A DNA stretch of 18,150 nucleotides, taken from positions 1-18,150 of the forward strand of contig NZ_JAYKGW010000015.1 in NCBI RefSeq assembly GCF_035285525.1, read 5' to 3'. A program made the position numbers and the translations under genes. The DNA is from Okeania sp. (GTDB lineage: Bacteria; Cyanobacteriota; Cyanobacteriia; Cyanobacteriales; Microcoleaceae). The notes beneath the pieces are model-generated. The model had not been told where the DNA came from. It did no database searches and saw nothing but the letters and a program-made list of their open reading frames with translations. This document shows positions 15,053 through 18,150 of the stretch, in pieces. How positions within the stretch are numbered: position 1 is the stretch's first letter; each line of letters starts with the position of its first letter.

Positions 15053-16988
15053 TACTTTTATAATTCTTGGTTCATTCATTACCAGAGGGTATACTTTTCC
15101 TGTGGGAAATCATTATACTCACGTTCCTCAAATCAAATCAATGTTGAATCCTGGACTCTATAATAATGATTACTATGTTCAGGAAATGTTGCAGTTTACT
15201 CCTAGATATTACTATCAATATTTGGTTTATTTGTTGAGCAAAATTACTGGCAATATTTATCTCGCTTATTTGATTTTTTATCTAACTTCATTTATTAGTT
15301 TTATCTGGGGTTTATCTGCCATAAGTAAAATTTTTACTCCTTCCAAATTATCAACAGCAGTTTTAATTTTTCTGAGTCTAACATCCTACACATTAATTGG
15401 ATATTTAGAACTTTTTCCTAATACTCCCATTCCGGCAACATTTGCCATGAGTTTCACAGTTTGGGGGTTTTATTTTTGTTTTCGCCAAAGATGGATAATT
15501 GGTTATTTATTTTTTGGCATTGCTTCAATTTTACAATTTTTGGTTGGTGTTTTACCGGGAGTTATGATGATTCCTATTATGTTAATTGAAGTGATAAAAA
15601 ATCAGAATATTAAACAAGTTAACTCTTTGGAAAAATTCAAAAATTTTACTAAATTGATTTTTTCAGTGATTTTGCCGTTAGTTATTTGCTTGAGTTTTGC
15701 TTGTTTAGTTTATCTACCAATGGTATTAACTGGAACAACTAGCACGGATCAATTAACCAATGAAGAATTTGTCTTTATCTATGGTTGGGTTAGAAATCCT
15801 CATCATATTATTCCTGCTTATTGGCATTGGCAAAGTAGGTTAGATTTTATCTGTTTTATTTTGGGTGGTTGTCTGTGTATTCACAAAATTGATATTCTTA
15901 AATCGGAAGATTTACAGCAGTCGAGAACAGAGAAAAAAATTTCCCACATTTCCCCTTTTCCCAAAAATCAAGGAACTAAAAAAGATTTAATTTTGACTGA
16001 CACAAAAGGTTTAGATAAATGGAAGTTTTATTTAATTATTGCTGAGTCAATTTTGGCTTTGTTTTTAGGTTATATTTTTCTGGAAGTTTACCCCTTAGCT
16101 TTATTTGCTAAATTACAGTTGGCAAGAACTGTTCCTTTGGCTCAATTAATAATATTTATTGCTGTAGGTATATTGGTTGATCAGTTATATCAACAAAGAA
16201 ATTTAGGGGTTGGTTTACTTTTGATAATTTCTCTAATTTTGCCTGTACCTTATCAGGGAATTTGCTTTTTTATCTTATCATTAGGATTATTTTTTATGGA
16301 GAAATGGCGCTACAAAATAATAGCTTGGTTCCTTCTGTTAGGAGGATTAATATTTTACTTGTTACATCCACCGATGAATTTAATTATTAATCGTTTGTTT
16401 ATGATGCCTGGTTTATTTTTGGTCTTAGTATTTCCGTTTATTTTAGATGAGCTTGACCCAGGAATCGCTCTGAAAAAATTAATGACTTATAGTTTAGCGA
16501 TCGCCACGACTTTATTATTTATTTTAGGATTATTTGAAGCATTACCAGGAAAAATTTTACAGGTATTTAACCAACAGGTAAAATTTAACAGAGTTCCACA
16601 AAATGAGGTTACGAAATTAGCTTTAAGATTTAGAGAAATTAGCGATCAAGATGATGTAATTTTAATTCCTCCATTTGTGTCAAATTTTCAATTTTTTTCA
16701 GAGAGAGCAGTTATTGTTGACTTTAAACATTTTCCCCAAACAGATAAAGGAATTAGACAGTGGAAAAATCGAATGGAAGATGTTTTTGGCGTTCCTTTGA
16801 ATGATAAATTAGCAGTAGGATCGATGGAAATTTTGTTTCCACAACAGACAGGAAAAGAGTTAGTTAATGTGGCGAAAAAATATGGAGCTAAATATATTTT
16901 GACTATGGTTAAATGGCATGGAGATATTCAGGGAAAAGTTCTTGATAAGGAGGGAAAATGGGTGATTTTTCAGATAAATTCTGATTAG
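15006..16988 (+). CDS. Large polytopic integral membrane protein of unknown function (many TM helices plus a ~130-aa C-terminal soluble domain; GT-C-like topology is only a guess)
   Basis: 660-aa ORF. Hydrophobic segments run throughout aa 1-520. There is a hydrophilic insert at aa ~295-335 and a soluble C-terminus (aa ~530-660). No catalytic motif recognised with confidence. Confidence 0.75.
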   Translation: MWKLTKYNWHFFLSLFTFIILGSFITRGYTFPVGNHYTHVPQIKSMLNPGLYNNDYYVQEMLQFTPRYYYQYLVYLLSKITGNIYLAYLIFYLTSFISFIWGLSAISKIFTPSKLSTAVLIFLSLTSYTLIGYLELFPNTPIPATFAMSFTVWGFYFCFRQRWIIGYLFFGIASILQFLVGVLPGVMMIPIMLIEVIKNQNIKQVNSLEKFKNFTKLIFSVILPLVICLSFACLVYLPMVLTGTTSTDQLTNEEFVFIYGWVRNPHHIIPAYWHWQSRLDFICFILGGCLCIHKIDILKSEDLQQSRTEKKISHISPFPKNQGTKKDLILTDTKGLDKWKFYLIIAESILALFLGYIFLEVYPLALFAKLQLARTVPLAQLIIFIAVGILVDQLYQQRNLGVGLLLIISLILPVPYQGICFFILSLGLFFMEKWRYKIIAWFLLLGGLIFYLLHPPMNLIINRLFMMPGLFLVLVFPFILDELDPGIALKKLMTYSLAIATTLLFILGLFEALPGKILQVFNQQVKFNRVPQNEVTKLALRFREISDQDDVILIPPFVSNFQFFSERAVIVDFKHFPQTDKGIRQWKNRMEDVFGVPLNDKLAVGSMEILFPQQTGKELVNVAKKYGAKYILTMVKWHGDIQGKVLDKEGKWVIFQINSD

Positions 16989-17044
16989 TAGAGGCTTGAT
17001 TTATCAGTTATAATTACAATTATTGCTATAGTATCTAGCTAATA

Positions 17045-17071
17045 GGTTGGGTTTCCTTCCTCAACCCAACC
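17045..17071 (+). terminator. Hairpin GGTTGGGTT-TCCTTCCTC-AACCCAACC downstream of the membrane-protein gene; may equally be a copy of a common cyanobacterial dispersed palindrome
   Basis: Perfect 9-bp stem and 9-nt loop, 57 nt after the stop codon. No U-tract follows. Confidence 0.35.
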
Positions 17072-17110
17072 ATAAAACCAAAAACAATCAGGCACGTTTT
17101 CGATTTCATT

Positions 17111-17172
17111 GTCAAGAATTAAAATTCTTGGCTAATAGTTTAAGTCATCTTTAGATGACTAAATTAAATAAG
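17111..17172 (+). repeat. Structured ~60-nt dispersed repeat, copy 1 (two hairpins: CAAGAAT-TAAA-ATTCTTG and AGTCATC-TTTA-GATGACT)
   Basis: Aligns with 18039-18100 and with the window-truncated copy at 18125-18150. Confidence 0.8.
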
Positions 17173-17407
17173 GGTGTTAATGCTAAGAGTTGAGTTTCTA
17201 ATTCTTTAAGAGTCATGTAGGAATCCTATTTAAGTTGTAATATTTTTCTGGCAGTTAGGGGTCAGGAATCAAGATTCAAAATGTTAAAAGTTTTCTGCTA
17301 AAATTATATTATAGTAATTAATTTTACCTGAAAGTTTGTACTACTGGACTACGCATTGTATAACAATTAAAATTTACCACAAAATTATTGAATTAAGATA
17401 AAATTAT

Positions 17408-17975
17408 ATGCCAAATCTCACAGTTAAAGACTTGGAAATTTTGCAAGGTACTCTAAGTCAAGCAGATTTAGATTATCAACTAGAATTAGAGGAAGGAAAT
17501 ATAATTAGTTATGAATCCATCAGATATTGTTTCTAGTGAAGTTGGCGCTCGGTTAACGAGGCTATTAGGTAATTGGGTTGAGCCACGTCGTCTTGGAAGT
17601 TTGTTTGATTCTAGTGGTGCTTTTATTCTTCCTGATAATAATCTCAAAGTTCCTGATGTTTCTTTTGTTCGTGCTAAACGTCTCAAAAAAAGTGTTCGTT
17701 ATTTTGGAGAATTAACGCCTGATTTAGTAGTAGAAATTAAATCTCAAAGTGACAGAATTAAACCTTTGGAAGAGAAAATTAAGAAGTATTTAGAATTAGG
17801 AGCAGAAGTAGAAATATTGATAGACCCAGACAAGCAAATAGTTATAGTTTATGCTGCTAATGGTGAAGAAATTCAGTTTAAAAATGGAGATGATTTGACT
17901 ATTCCTGAATTATTTGGTGAGTGGGAATTACCTATTGTTGAACTTTGGCGGCCTGTGTTTGATGAAGAGGAATAA
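17408..17975 (+). pseudogene. Uma2-family (DUF820) restriction-endonuclease-like protein, interrupted by a +1 frameshift at about 17507
   Basis: The ORF from ATG 17408 reads MPNLTVKDLEILQGTLSQADLDYQLELEEGNII, then goes out of frame and stops at 17530-17532. The ORF 17511-17975 continues MNPSDIVSSEVGARLTRLLGNWVEPRRLGSLFDSSGAFILPDNNLKVPDVSFV...DLVVEIKSQSD...LGAEV.ILIDP, typical of Uma2. Removing A17507 gives ..EEGNIIVMNPSD.., the usual Uma2 junction, and a single 188-aa ORF. Confidence 0.7.
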
Positions 17976-18038
17976 ATTTGCTGGCAAATTTTCCATATAA
18001 TATACAGCAATTGCGATTTAATTATACCAGCTTACCTA

Positions 18039-18100
18039 GTCAAGGATTAAAATCCTTGGCTAAGAGCTTAAGTCATTTTTAGATAACTAAATTATCTATT
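18039..18100 (+). repeat. Structured ~60-nt dispersed repeat, copy 2
   Basis: GTCAAGGATTAAAATCCTTGGCTAAGAGCTTAAGTCATTTTTAGATAACTAAATT aligns with copy 1. The first hairpin is kept through a compensatory A-T to G-C pair change. Confidence 0.8.
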
Positions 18101-18124
18101 TTTCTTCTTATTCAAAAAATACTG

Positions 18125-18150
18125 AAAAGATTAAAATCCTTGGCTAAGAG
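18125..18150 (+). repeat. Structured dispersed repeat, copy 3 (cut by window end)
   Basis: AAAGATTAAAATCCTTGGCTAAGAG is identical to copy 2 over the last 22 nt of the window. Confidence 0.7.

Noticed and set aside
17486-17686. 66-aa minus-strand ORF
   Set aside because: It is antisense to the Uma2 coding sequence, which has clear family motifs.
18039-18150. Possible CRISPR array at the window end (two repeat copies 86 bp apart)
   Set aside because: Only two adjacent copies are visible. The conserved unit is about 55-60 nt with two internal hairpins, which is too long for a CRISPR repeat. A third copy lies 928 bp away, and no cas genes are present. This fits a dispersed structured repeat better.
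1-18150. tRNA, rRNA or tmRNA genes
   Set aside because: I scanned for T-loop-like GGTTCRAnYC motifs with flanking acceptor-stem complementarity and for rRNA-like conserved stretches, and found none.

Overview
AT-rich chromosomal segment that looks like a filamentous, heterocyst-forming cyanobacterium (Nostocales-type). This is an inference from three things. HIP1 octamers GCGATCGC are frequent (e.g. 66-73, 10783-10790, 13991-13998, 16497-16504, and several inside the WD40 repeats). Heptameric STRR-type tandem repeats sit at most gene boundaries. The spacers hold nested palindromic MITE-like small dispersed repeats.

I support 11 intact or nearly intact protein genes:
- a partial DUF4351 gene tail
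- a zinc-ribbon/Ser-Thr kinase/WD40 protein whose DFG motif reads GFG
- an L-type-lectin + RTX calcium-binding repeat protein
- trmB
- a UPF0175 antitoxin-like gene
- a full-length PatD/TruD-type (E1-like/RRE + YcaO) cyanobactin heterocyclase
- a TM2-domain protein
- an FMN-dependent alpha-hydroxy-acid (lactate/glycolate) oxidase
- a 200-aa acidic protein of unknown function
- a CHAT (caspase-like) protease fused to a C-terminal FHA domain
- a 660-aa polytopic membrane protein

There are also two decayed genes: a truncated DUF3368/PIN toxin stub and a frameshifted Uma2-family endonuclease. I found no rRNA, tRNA or CRISPR array.

Items most worth a second look:
1. The heterocyclase stands alone, with no precursor peptide, PatA/PatG-type protease or tailoring gene within about 5 kb on either side.
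2. The CHAT-FHA fusion and its unknown downstream partner.
3. A roughly 700-bp tandem duplication/triplication of the promoter and first ~13 codons of the membrane-protein gene, interleaved with expanding heptamer tracts.
4. The kinase lacks the DFG aspartate.
5. Direct copies of a composite repeat bracket the lectin-RTX gene.

All family assignments come from motif recognition by eye and memory, not from searches.
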